DNA of 64,000 nucleotides, from the NCBI GenBank assembly GCA_965218095.1, contig OZ244587.1, positions 544,001-608,000 of the forward strand. Direction: 5' to 3'. Every line of letters begins with the position of its first letter. The first letter of the stretch is position 1. Positions 10,175 through 19,746 of the stretch are shown in pieces. The translations under genes were made by a program, and so were the position numbers. The notes beneath the pieces are model-generated. The model ran no database searches and had not been told where the DNA came from. It worked only from the letters and a program-made list of their open reading frames with translations. This DNA is from Candidatus Poribacteria bacterium (GTDB lineage: Bacteria; Poribacteria; WGA-4E; PCPOR2b).

Positions 10175-10293
10175 CGGAAACGTTATGCCGGTTTACGAAC
10201 CTCAAGCCTGTCGACGCGTGCCGAGAGGTGCCGAAGGCCAAGCGTCGTAGGAGCGCCGCATGAATTGCTGTGAATATGACGTGGATGTTATGC
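10175..10293 (-). other. attC-like site (family A)
   Basis: Minus strand GCATAAC..TTGGCCTTCGGCAC..GGTTCGTAAACCGG..GTTTCCG. Confidence 0.62.
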
Positions 10294-10365
10294 GACTGTG
10301 TTCGCTGCCGGTACCACATCAGTTATTGCAGAACTGACATTGCGACATTTTCGTTAATCCTGCTT

Positions 10366-10824
10366 TTAGGAATCCCTCTTGCGTAACCTCTGGTCAAGCT
10401 CCCAAAGAGCTGTTCGATTGCCTTCAAATCTTAGTAGTTCCACAGCCCGAGCGTACGTGAGCCAACGATATTCCGTGTGCTCATTGGAGATGATCAGATC
10501 TTTCTTCTGAACTTCAACCCCAAAGCAATACTCCGGAATCACATAGAGATCGCGACTCCAGTGTGGAACATTCTGGAAAGCCGTCACTGGAACGGAATTA
10601 ACAGTCTGCAATTCGAGGTAATGAGCATTCTCGGATATTCCCGCCTCCTCGAAGGATTCCCTCCGCGCGGCTTGGAGTGGGCACTCATCATCCTCTCCTC
10701 CACCGGCAATCCCTTGCCAAAACTCCGTTTGCTCGTCGCTTCTCAGAAACATAGCATATTGGACGTAGCTCTCTGTCCCCACATGGTAGGGGAACACAAG
10801 AACCTGGAAGGGTGCGCGAGCCAT
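10366..10824 (-). CDS. NUDIX pyrophosphatase (NudB-like)
   Basis: WQGIAGGGEDDECPLQAARRESFEEAG, SNEHTEYRW. Confidence 0.9.
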   Translation of the reverse strand: MARAPFQVLVFPYHVGTESYVQYAMFLRSDEQTEFWQGIAGGGEDDECPLQAARRESFEEAGISENAHYLELQTVNSVPVTAFQNVPHWSRDLYVIPEYCFGVEVQKKDLIISNEHTEYRWLTYARAVELLRFEGNRTALWELDQRLRKRDS

Positions 10825-10928
10825 TTGGGCCTCTTACCGTATATAGGATTAAGTCTCAGCTTTTGAGACTTTCCAGCTCCTCCTGCCTAAACTGAGGCTC
10901 ACTGGCGGCCACCATAAAGTGTACGAAA

Positions 10929-11547
10929 TCATTCTTGCGTTTTCCAAATTCCTGATAACCGTTCAGAAAGGGGAAATTCGCCGCGATCCAACGCACAATC
11001 TAATTCTTGAAATCCCTTCAGCAGTCTTTGACGTTGTTCCCGAGCAAAAGGGTTACAAATCTGGCTTTCCCAATAAGTGTCTGGAGCATTGTTCTTCAAA
11101 TGCTCAATCAATTTCATAAGATTTCTGGCGGCTGGGGATGATTGAAACCTCGCTCTGTCATAATCGTCCATCAAAAAATCCACTCGCGTGAAGACCGAAC
11201 CACCTGCATTTGAGAGCAGACATTTTCTCTTGCGCAACAATCCGAGCGGAACACATATCAAATGCCCAGGTTCTTGGATTCACATGTTCATTGACCTTTG
11301 AAATGACTTCATCCAGTGCGTGAATGGGCACGGCAATAAAAATGTATTGAGCGAAAGAAACAGTTTCTTCAAAATCGTTAACGGGTTTGGCCCCGATTGC
11401 TTCGATGTCTCCGGCAACGTTGCGAGTGGATGAAATGTGGACGTCAAAGTGTTCGCAGAAAATTTCCGCGAATCTTTGACCTATCCGCCCAAATCCGATG
11501 ACGAGCATTCGAGAATTGTCCATAGTCTGTTCGATTCCTTGTTTCAA
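10929..11547 (-). pseudogene. Prephenate/arogenate dehydrogenase (TyrA-like), split and internally deleted
   Basis: VIGFGRIG, IFIAVPI, DMCSAR and GLH in 11158-11547; TYWESQICNPFA in the other frame. Confidence 0.65.
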
Positions 11548-11701
11548 TTTGAGGTTTGAAAGGATTCAAGTGAATTTCCCTGCTCTGAAAGAGATCTCTT
11601 GCACTTCGGGCAACAAAAAAATCCGAAGGCATTGACAATTCTTTTTGGTGTTGGGGGGCGAAGGGAGGAGATTTTTCGCCCCATTTTAAGTTTTTGATTT
11701 A

Positions 11702-12521
11702 GGTTCTGTTGACATTTCAAGGGAGCCATATAAGAGTGGAGATAAAGCTGAGAAATCCAAAATAACGGACAGCTAGCTTCTCAAACCGAGAGAAGATACG
11801 ACGATACCATTTTATCTTGTTGATGAAATATTCAACCTGATGTCTCTCTTTGTATAAGTGTTTGTCATACGTTCTTTGGTCAACACGATGACTTTTGGGC
11901 GGTATCACCGCAATCGCTCCACTCGCCTTGATAACCGCGATAAAAGCGTCCGAATCGTACCCCTTGTCTCCAATCACATATTCACTGTTATATCCGATTA
12001 TCAACCCTTCCGCCTCAGTTATGTCATGTCTCTGACCGGGGGTCAGATGAGTTCTTAGGGGATTGCCTAGTCCGTCAACTGTGATGTGAATTTTTGTACT
12101 GAAACCGCCCCGAGACCGACCTAATGCTTGGTTTTCAGTCCCACCGTTTTTTTTAAGGCGCCCGCCGCACACGGGTGAGCGCGGCAGATTGTACTGTCAA
12201 CAATAAGCGACTCGATATCGGGGTCAGAGGCGAAGTGGGGGTGCATCTGTGTGAAGATACCTTTGTCACACCATCGAGCAAACCGCTTGTAGCGGGTGTT
12301 CCATTTGCCATAGGTGTCTGGTAGAAGTCTCCATTGAGCCCCACTACGAGTCACCCACAGAACTGCTTCGACGAAGCGGCGTGTAGCAGCTTCGTCGCCA
12401 ACATAGATGGTGGGACAGCTTAGAAGAAACCGGTATATCTTATTCCATTGTTCATCAGGTAAGGTTATTGGCATCATTCTTCTATTATGCCACAACCTTA
12501 TACTCAAATGTCAACAGAACC
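11702..12521 (-). mobile_element. IS5-family element (two-ORF, IS427-like), copy 1
   Basis: TIR GGTTCTGTTGACATTT, TA flanks; orfA 12121-12507 and orfB 11717-12172 overlap at TTAAAAAAAAC. Confidence 0.93.
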
Positions 12522-12593
12522 TAGCACCAAAGGTTATTCTAATTTTTATTGTGGCTTTCGTGTAATTGTGATACAATAGTTTCATTATTAGTA

Positions 12594-13534
12594 ACCCAAG
12601 TTGCTAGTAATTGAAAATCCATGGGTTTTCCATTAAAGTAGAGGTAATCCAAACCATAATACCTCAAAGGAGAAACCCATGGACATCCAAATTGCAACCA
12701 TTTTCTATCTCTGTGACAAGCTCTTAGAAGCACTCAACTCAAAACCACACCCACAAACGCAGATGTCTGATGCCGAAGTGATGACCACCGGCATCGTCGC
12801 TGCGTTGTTCTTCGGGGCAAACTTGCAAACCACTTGTGACTTTCTAAAGACTCATGGCTATATACCCAAGATGCTTTCAAAAAGTCGATTCAACCGACGA
12901 CTTCATCGAATTAAACCGATGTTCACCACATTGTTCAAAATCTTGGGACGAAGCTATGTGCAACTTAATCAACAGAAAATCTATGCACTGGATACCATAC
13001 CAATTGCTGTTTGTTCCGCATTCGTCGGTCAAAAATCTACACCGATAAGGCATATCGAGGCTATCAAGCGTCCAAACGTCGGTATTTCTATGGCTTGAAA
13101 GTTCATCTGCTAGTGACTGCGAGTCGACACCCTGTTGAATTTTTTGTGACCCCAGCCAGTACAGGGGACGTTGAAGGGTTACAGTGGTTTGACTTCGACT
13201 TGCCACCGGGCTATGGTGACAAAGCATACAATAATTATGAGATAGAAGATATTGTTACATCAGTCGGAGTCGAATTAAAGCCAGTACGCAAGAAGAATTC
13301 CAAGCGGCTGTATCCACCATGGGAGACCTACTTGGCTAATTACCATCGTAAGTCTGTTGAGACGGCTGGCAGTTTGATTAACAAACTGCTTCCACGTTCA
13401 ATCCATGCAGTAACGCAACACGGATTTGAATTGAAAGTGGTCTTGTTTGTATTGGCTAGCAGTATCAATCAGCTCTGAGTTCACTCACATATTCAGTTCA
13501 CTCACATATTCGATGAATAGGTCGCAACTTGGGT
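12594..13534 (+). mobile_element. IS982-family element with frameshifted transposase (12679-13478)
   Basis: TIR ACCCAAGTTGC / GCAACTTGGGT; 8-bp TSD TATTAGTA; MSDAEVMT, LSKSRFNRR, YFYGLKVHL and GDKAY motifs. Confidence 0.92.
13478..13511 (+). repeat. 17-bp tandem duplication AGTTCACTCACATATTC
   Basis: Two adjacent exact copies after the IS982 stop codon. Confidence 0.9.
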
Positions 13535-13650
13535 TATTAGTAAGACTTACGCACTTCAGATAGTAGTTGCCCGACTCATGGGACATCAGGCGCCGGTCTC
13601 GTTCGCCCGATACTCCATCGGGACTGACGAGACCGAGCACCCACAATTCT

Positions 13651-13678
13651 GTAGGGAACGCAGATCTGCGTTCACTAC
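13651..13678. repeat. GTAG-type REP-like palindrome
   Basis: GTAGGGAACGCAGATCTGCGTTCACTAC. Confidence 0.7.
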
Positions 13679-13728
13679 GAAACCGTGAATCCACGATGTT
13701 GTAAGGATTAGAATAACGCAAGTTGCTA

Positions 13729-14512
13729 GGTTCTGTTGACATTTCATCATAACCAGATAATCGCAGCAACGAAACTCAGAAACCCCAAATAGCGACCCGC
13801 CAACTTATCAAAACAACTGAAGATACGCCTATAGTGCTTGATTTTGTTGATGAAGCATTCCACCCGATGTCTCTCTCGGTACAGATGCGTATCATAGTCT
13901 CGTGACTCACGGCGGTTGATACGGGGACGAATCACTGGCTTTGCACCCATACGGGTTATCAACTGCACCAATGAATCCGCGTCATACGCTGAGTCGGCTA
14001 TCACATACTCACTGCTATACCCTTCTGCACAAGTCATGGCGTGGCGTTGTCTAGCCGTCAGCGCAAAACGTAATGGATTGCCTAAGCCATCAACCGTGAT
14101 GTGAATTTTGGTTGAAAATCCACCCACACTACGTCCGAGTGCCTGTGAGGCTTGACCGCCACTTGTCTTCAAAGCCCCTGCAGCACAGGGGTGAGCGCGG
14201 CAGATGGTACTGTCACCATATCTGGGTCGTTGACAAAGTGTTGATGCAGCCGTTGGAAGATGCCTTTATCGCACCAGCGAGCGAATCGTTTATAGACGCT
14301 GTTCCAACTGCCGTACTCTTTTGGTAGGAGTCGCCATTGACTACCACTACGAGTTATCCAAAGCACTGCTTGGACAAAACGTTTTAAGTTCGCTTGTTGT
14401 CCGGTGTAGACATCGGAATAGGTTTGCAGGAATGCTGCTATTTTTGACCATTGATTATCGGATAAGGTAAGTGTTGACATATCGTTATTATGCCATAAAT
14501 GTCAACACGTCC
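13729..14512 (-). mobile_element. Divergent, degenerate IS5-family element
   Basis: TIR GGTTCTGTTGACATTT / AAATGTCAACACGTCC with TA flanks; ORFs 13747-14172 and 14169-14480 are homologous to copy 1; region of the first catalytic Asp is deleted. Confidence 0.88.
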
Positions 14513-14536
14513 TAACATTAGTCATACGTTTCAAGA

Positions 14537-15787
14537 TTGACCCCGGCGCCAAAACGACAGGTTTGGCATGGGTCGAAAGGAATGAAAATGAGCATATATC
14601 AATCACCGTCGGTGGCGGATTCTGAGCCGATCTCTAAGTCTTACCGCGCCCCGGCCTTTGCTGACGCTAAGCCCAAGCTTGCGGCGCCCGGAGCCACGCC
14701 AGAACGGTTGGCCCACTTGAAGGAGCATGGTTTTGTTATCATCACCGACTTTGTCGGCAATCCGTGGATTCCCATTCTCCGGGAGGCGGGCCGCCGCGTT
14801 ACGGAGGCGTGCGCACCCGAGCAGGACTACAGCAAGATCGACTGCTCGAAGGGCTACGTGCACCGCGCGGGCGGCGATGAGCCGTGGGCAATCCGGGGCC
14901 TCATCCATCCCGCTTTCGGGGAGCCCAGCTTTGCCGAGTTCCACGGTTCTCCAGATTTCCTAAACTTCGTCCGCGCTTGGTGTCACAGGCTCGAGCCTGA
15001 GGACCTGACGATGGGTAACCTGCTACTGTGGTGCAATCCCCGGCATTACGAGAATAAGCTCGGTTGGCACCGAGACGTGACGTGGTGGGGCACCGGGAAG
15101 AGCTACTTCGCGCAGCAGGAGGTCCGAGGGGAGGGCCCTGAGGCGTATTCCGAGGAAGTTGAAAGGATCCGCTGGAAAGAAATCCGCGAAAATAATGCGA
15201 AGTCTCTCACGGAGCGGAACGGCGTGAGCATGTTCTTGGCACTCACCAACGACGAATGCCACGAGCTCGTGCCGGGTAGCCACGATCGGTGGCGCACGCC
15301 GTTTGAGCATGACGTGCTCCTGCCGAAAGCGATGAAGGACCAAGGTGTACCGTACACACCGAGTTGGAACGGCGAGGACCCGTTGCCAAACCAGGTCGCG
15401 ATCCGGCTCAAGGCTGGGGAAGCCCTCATCCGCAATGGCGCCACGATTCACACGGGGCACACCGTCCCCGAGCGCGAGCGCAACACGTTGTCAATCGGTT
15501 GGTCAAAGTGGTCAGGCGAGTTCACTGGGGAGCCGTCGGTAGCGGACGTGAGACACGCGTGGCAACTGGATCCCGCTGTGCGCGAAGCTTTGCCACACGA
15601 GTGGATGAAGACAGCGTGGGACCGTTGGACGGAAACACAGAAGCTGGGAGATACGCTCGAGGACCGGTACACGGGGTTTGACATCAAGTACATCAAAGCA
15701 GGGGAGGTCGTCGGTTGGCGCGGTGAGTTGGAGCGTCAAGCTGCGGCGGCAGGCGACGCTTGGGAACCCTTCCAAACCGCGGTATGA
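14537..15787 (+). CDS. PhyH-family dioxygenase
   Basis: HLKEHGFVII, GWHRD, VPGSH, IHTG; real start probably the ATG at 14582 or 14588. Confidence 0.8.
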   Translation: MTPAPKRQVWHGSKGMKMSIYQSPSVADSEPISKSYRAPAFADAKPKLAAPGATPERLAHLKEHGFVIITDFVGNPWIPILREAGRRVTEACAPEQDYSKIDCSKGYVHRAGGDEPWAIRGLIHPAFGEPSFAEFHGSPDFLNFVRAWCHRLEPEDLTMGNLLLWCNPRHYENKLGWHRDVTWWGTGKSYFAQQEVRGEGPEAYSEEVERIRWKEIRENNAKSLTERNGVSMFLALTNDECHELVPGSHDRWRTPFEHDVLLPKAMKDQGVPYTPSWNGEDPLPNQVAIRLKAGEALIRNGATIHTGHTVPERERNTLSIGWSKWSGEFTGEPSVADVRHAWQLDPAVREALPHEWMKTAWDRWTETQKLGDTLEDRYTGFDIKYIKAGEVVGWRGELERQAAAAGDAWEPFQTAV

Positions 15788-16099
15788 AGGTCGGCTACTC
15801 ACTGAACCGTAGGCGTAATTCCCACTGACCATAAACCCACCTGCCCGTGTGTAAGGACATCATGGTAACAACGCCCGAAGAACTGGCCCGTCAACGCAAT
15901 CAGGTCGGCACGGTGCTCCGTTCCGCCCAACAAGAAGGGAAGACACTCTATGGACACGACTGATCGGTTCGCACGGAAATCTCTACGTCAGCGAAGTTAT
16001 TCCGGAACGGCGGTTTCAGAAGTTCGCGCGAGTTTAATTATTGACTATACTTTCTGACTTTTGCCACACTTTCTAAAGGGTGGAAGGAGTAGCTCACGT

Positions 16100-16742
16100 A
16101 TGTCGAAAAAAAAGGTCGAAGGCATCACCAAGATAGCTGTGAGCAGCTCCAAGTCGCTCGCGGAAGAGTGCACAATCGACGACGATTCTTGCCGGAGCGA
16201 ATAGTTCCGGGAAATCGAGCATCATGCAACCGCTATTGATGCTGAAACAGACGCTGGAGGCGACGTATGACCCGGGACCGCTGTTGATTGATGGGCCGAA
16301 CGTTCAGTTTACTTTGGCAGAGCAATTTTTGTCCAAGTTAATCAGGGGAAAAGGGACAGATCGTTTTCAGATTCGGATTGAGACTCGTGAGTCTGATTTT
16401 TCTTTCTCGGTGACGACGACTTTCAGAAAGGGGCCGAGCGGAATTGAAATTGCCAAAATGAAGAGGTCAAAAAGAAAATTAGAGGCAGCCCCACTATTTC
16501 CCCCTAAGCATATTACCTTATCTCCTGAGATGCGGCCTGAAGAAATCAAGTCGCTGGCTAAGCAACGCTTGATTCCCATAGATTCTGATGTCGTGGGACG
16601 TTCACGATGTTTTTCGCGTTTTGAATCTCAAGATGGTTATATGCGCTCCAACCGTACTCCTAACCTTGAGTCCCATATTTTCAATAGTATTCACCTCCCC
16701 GGATTACGAGGCGATCCAGAGCGTAGCTACAAATTCAGTTAG
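16100..16742 (+). pseudogene. AAA/ABC-type ATPase (AAA_15/21-like), frameshifted and truncated
   Basis: Walker A LAGANSSGKSSIMQ lies just upstream of the listed ORF; RBS GGAG and ATG at 16100; no Walker B. Confidence 0.7.
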
Positions 16743-17007
16743 CAAACGGGCGTCCTTTTCAAATTCGTCTGCCTCTTTTCCGAGTGCTCACAGAATTTCA
16801 GTCGGGTATTGAATGGTTCGTGTGTCCATTTTCGTGTTCCTCCGTTAATTTGGCAATTCCACAACTGTAGAGAGCAACCATTGTTTTTAACGTTGGATAT
16901 TCATAAAAGACCTCGCCCCCAACAATTTCGCCAATAGTGAAGTGATAACGCTTTTTAGATAAAAAAATAGTAACCTAGCAAAGATCCGTTGGTTGGATAA
17001 TCGCCGG

Positions 17008-17046
17008 AAAAAGCCCGGTGAGAATTTTTCTCACCGGGCTTTTTTT
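17008..17046. terminator. Bidirectional intrinsic terminator
   Basis: AAAAAGCCCGGTGAGAA-TTT-TTCTCACCGGGCTTTTTTT. Confidence 0.85.
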
Positions 17047-17225
17047 CTGCCCATCACCCTTCCAATGTCTGTCACAAAATAGCCATAAAATCTCTGTCAA
17101 TTTGACATGAGATTCTCACAGCATCGTGACATCTAAAAGATATACTTATGCCCAGTCACTGAACACATTCGGATGAATTTGAAAAAGGAGGATTCCGACG
17201 GTTTACCCTCCACGGGTTCGGTAAT

Positions 17226-17783
17226 GTGACCAATATGACCGGCGAAGCACTCGAAGCGGAAAGTGACGCCGCCAGTGTTACCCGGTTTCTCAGTCCAGAA
17301 GATGGCGCGTGGGAGCCGATATGGACGGACTTGACCCGCCGCTCCGTGGTGGAAGTCGGTTATGTGCTGGGGCTTCAAGTTCGAGATGAAGTGAGGCAGT
17401 TGGTCAGGACGCTCCACCACAAAATCTCACAAGCGGATATCCGTCGAGCCTTTGTTGAAGTCTATTTGACGCAAGAGTTGTTGCGTCCGACACAAACGAT
17501 GTTGTTCGCCAACTATCCGAATCCATTCAACCCTGAGACGTGGTTGCCCTATCAGTTGGCTGAGAGCTCGGACGTTCGAATCCGTATTTACGATGCGACG
17601 GGACGTTTAGTCCGCGGCTTGGACCTCGGGTTCCAGACCGAAGGATATTATCTGGACAAATCCCGCTCCGCCTATTGGAATGGTCGGAATGACCTCGGTG
17701 AGCAGATGGCAAGCGGCGTCTACTTCTACCAACTTATTGCAGGTGACTACATTGCGAACCGCAAGCTGGTTATCCTAAAATAG
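17226..17783 (+). CDS. FlgD-Ig/secretion-tail domain protein, probably a C-terminal remnant
   Basis: NYPNPFNPETWLPYQLA..YWNGRNDLGEQMASGVYFYQL..RKLVILK. Confidence 0.8.
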   Translation: MTNMTGEALEAESDAASVTRFLSPEDGAWEPIWTDLTRRSVVEVGYVLGLQVRDEVRQLVRTLHHKISQADIRRAFVEVYLTQELLRPTQTMLFANYPNPFNPETWLPYQLAESSDVRIRIYDATGRLVRGLDLGFQTEGYYLDKSRSAYWNGRNDLGEQMASGVYFYQLIAGDYIANRKLVILK

Positions 17784-17800
17784 AACTCAGATATGGTGAA

Positions 17801-18748
17801 TCAAACGAGTGCCCTGAGTGACGCGCGCCGGATATCGTCTAGCTCCTGAGCACTGAAGACACCGGCTTGGTAGAGATTTCGATACTCTTCAGAGACGCTT
17901 TGACCGAATATCATCGGATCATCTGTATTAATAGTCACCGGTACACCATTATCAAACAGGACACGGATGGGATGAGAAGCCAGGTCTGGCACGGCATCCA
18001 ACATCACGTTGCTCGTTGGGCACACATTCAACTGAATCTGATTCTCGGAGAGCCACCGCATGACTTCGACCGATTCTGAGGCGCCAATGCCGTGTTGGAC
18101 TTCGTCCAATTCTAGGACTTCGACGGTCCGCTTTATCTCCGCCGCACCCCCAAACTCTCCAACATGTGCTTTCAGTTTCATTCCCGTAGCTTTTGCCTTC
18201 GCATACAAAGGCTTCACAGATTCGGGGGTACACGCTTCTTGACGGGAATACAGATCAATTGACTGAAACAGACCGAATTCTATCGCTTGGTGAGCCAACA
18301 TCATCAGTTTTGGATTGTCGGCACTCGTTCGGGAAAAGCCAAGCTCTGGACGCAGATCAATCTGTGTCCGATATCGGTCAACTAACGCCTCAATAAACAC
18401 CCTAAGCCCGGCTAAGCCATCTGGATAGTATGCAGTTATCCGAATGTCAAAACTCGTCTCAAACATAACAACGCCATCCTGTATTGCATCGTGCACCGCT
18501 GACGCTGCGATGAACTCAACACCTTTGCAGTCTTTTATGTGAGGGGCTAAGACCTTGGCTGCGTACTCGTGCATTCCCTCAAGTCCACTCATCTTGGAAG
18601 GAGCTCGCATCAGTGAGTATCCCAACCAGCGTTCCATATTCTCTAATCGTGTGCCGAAGTACGAATGACAGTGAACGTCTACTTTGGCTGCCCTCCTGAT
18701 AGCAGTCAGGTCATCGGTTGATAGTGCTTCCACAAAATCAATGCACAT
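17801..18748 (-). CDS. Adenosine deaminase-family protein
   Basis: DVHCH, AHVGEF, VQHGI, VCPTSN, INTDD. Confidence 0.88.
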   Translation of the reverse strand: MCIDFVEALSTDDLTAIRRAAKVDVHCHSYFGTRLENMERWLGYSLMRAPSKMSGLEGMHEYAAKVLAPHIKDCKGVEFIAASAVHDAIQDGVVMFETSFDIRITAYYPDGLAGLRVFIEALVDRYRTQIDLRPELGFSRTSADNPKLMMLAHQAIEFGLFQSIDLYSRQEACTPESVKPLYAKAKATGMKLKAHVGEFGGAAEIKRTVEVLELDEVQHGIGASESVEVMRWLSENQIQLNVCPTSNVMLDAVPDLASHPIRVLFDNGVPVTINTDDPMIFGQSVSEEYRNLYQAGVFSAQELDDIRRASLRALV

Positions 18749-18772
18749 TTAGTTGTCCTGTTGCTTGCATTC

Positions 18773-18916
18773 GCATAACGTTTATGTGTCTACGACGGCT
18801 TCTGTCCCGAAGGGCTGGCGCGTCATTTGCCTCTTTCTGCAAATGACGTGACAGAGGAAGCTGTGCCCGAAAGTCCGAGGGAGTGAAGCGACCGAAGCGT
18901 AGACACGGTGTTAACA
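18773..18916 (-). other. Long attC-like site
   Basis: Minus strand TGTTAAC-ACC-GTGTCTACG..CGTAGACAC-ATAAAC-GTTATGC with internal hairpins. Confidence 0.72.
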
Positions 18917-19098
18917 GATGGCATGCGCCGGGGTGGTCAAGGGGGCGGCCCAGGACGGCCCGCGTAGGGGTGCTTTTTCTGTTTTTGACTCCAGGTTTTT
19001 TAAATAGGATACCCACCCACCGACCTATAGCAGTCAGTTTAGAAATCAGCCAGAAAAAGGGCGGGAACGCCATCACTTTCTTTGTTTTTTCACTTGCA

Positions 19099-19212
19099 GT
19101 TTAACGGCCTGAGGTTCAGCGGCGCGCGATCTCACCTGCCGAAGCCAAAAGGTGCGCCAATTAGCAACCACGTAAGCGAAGGGAGCGTGTCCGCTCCAAC
19201 CCCTTGTTCGGG
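19099..19212 (-). other. attC site
   Basis: Minus strand CCCGAAC-AAGGG-GTTGGAGCGG..CCGCTGAAC-CTCAGGCC-GTTAAAC, canonical L boxes with an extrahelical G. Confidence 0.75.
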
Positions 19213-19246
19213 GCAATGCCGTTGACTCCCAGGCAATTATCTTCCG

Positions 19247-19580
19247 TTACGTGCGCTTGCGGCAGACCACGATAATGCTTCTGCTGGTGGCGCTCAACGG
19301 CTCCAGATTCCAATCTCCATACTGCCGTGCGATGCTGAAGCCATTATAGTATAGCAGTGCTGCAAGCTCCTGCGGGAAGGTGTAGCGCAGCGCGGTGCCG
19401 GGTGACTTTGGTGTGTCCCTCCTCGCCCTTGTGCCAGCGTCGGGAGGTCGTCCAGTGGAGAATCTGAGCCACAGGGTCATATACGCGTGTTCTCGACACA
19501 CGCACTTCGCGCCCGCTAGTATCAATAAAAGAAGGCCAATCTTGTTCTTCCTCGTTCGTCTTCATCCTTCGTAGCCTCAA
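19247..19580 (-). pseudogene. Methyltransferase C-terminal fragment
   Basis: YDPVAQILHW and LRYTFPQELAALLYYNGF..YGDW in two frames. Confidence 0.6.
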
Positions 19581-19663
19581 TACGAATGAAGTGTTTCAGA
19601 ACTTCGACTGCATTGCTTTCGCAGATTGTCTCATATCTCATTTTGGTATTCTACCTCTCTGTT

Positions 19664-19681
19664 TCCTAACTTGTATTAGTC
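19664..19681 (-). other. Possible second attI-like simple site
   Basis: Minus strand GACTAAT-ACAA-GTTAGGA followed by RBS and ATG; resembles 35609-35627. Confidence 0.35.
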
Positions 19682-19746
19682 GGCTACAGGACATTGTTCT
19701 CCAAACGTTCTATGAAAGGGAGAAGTCATATCGCCTGTTGCTCAGA

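Noticed and set aside
2822-10293. Intergenic repeats as CRISPR repeats or plain terminators
   Set aside because: Separated by whole genes, bounded by RYYYAAC/GTTRRRY-type cores and lacking U-tracts
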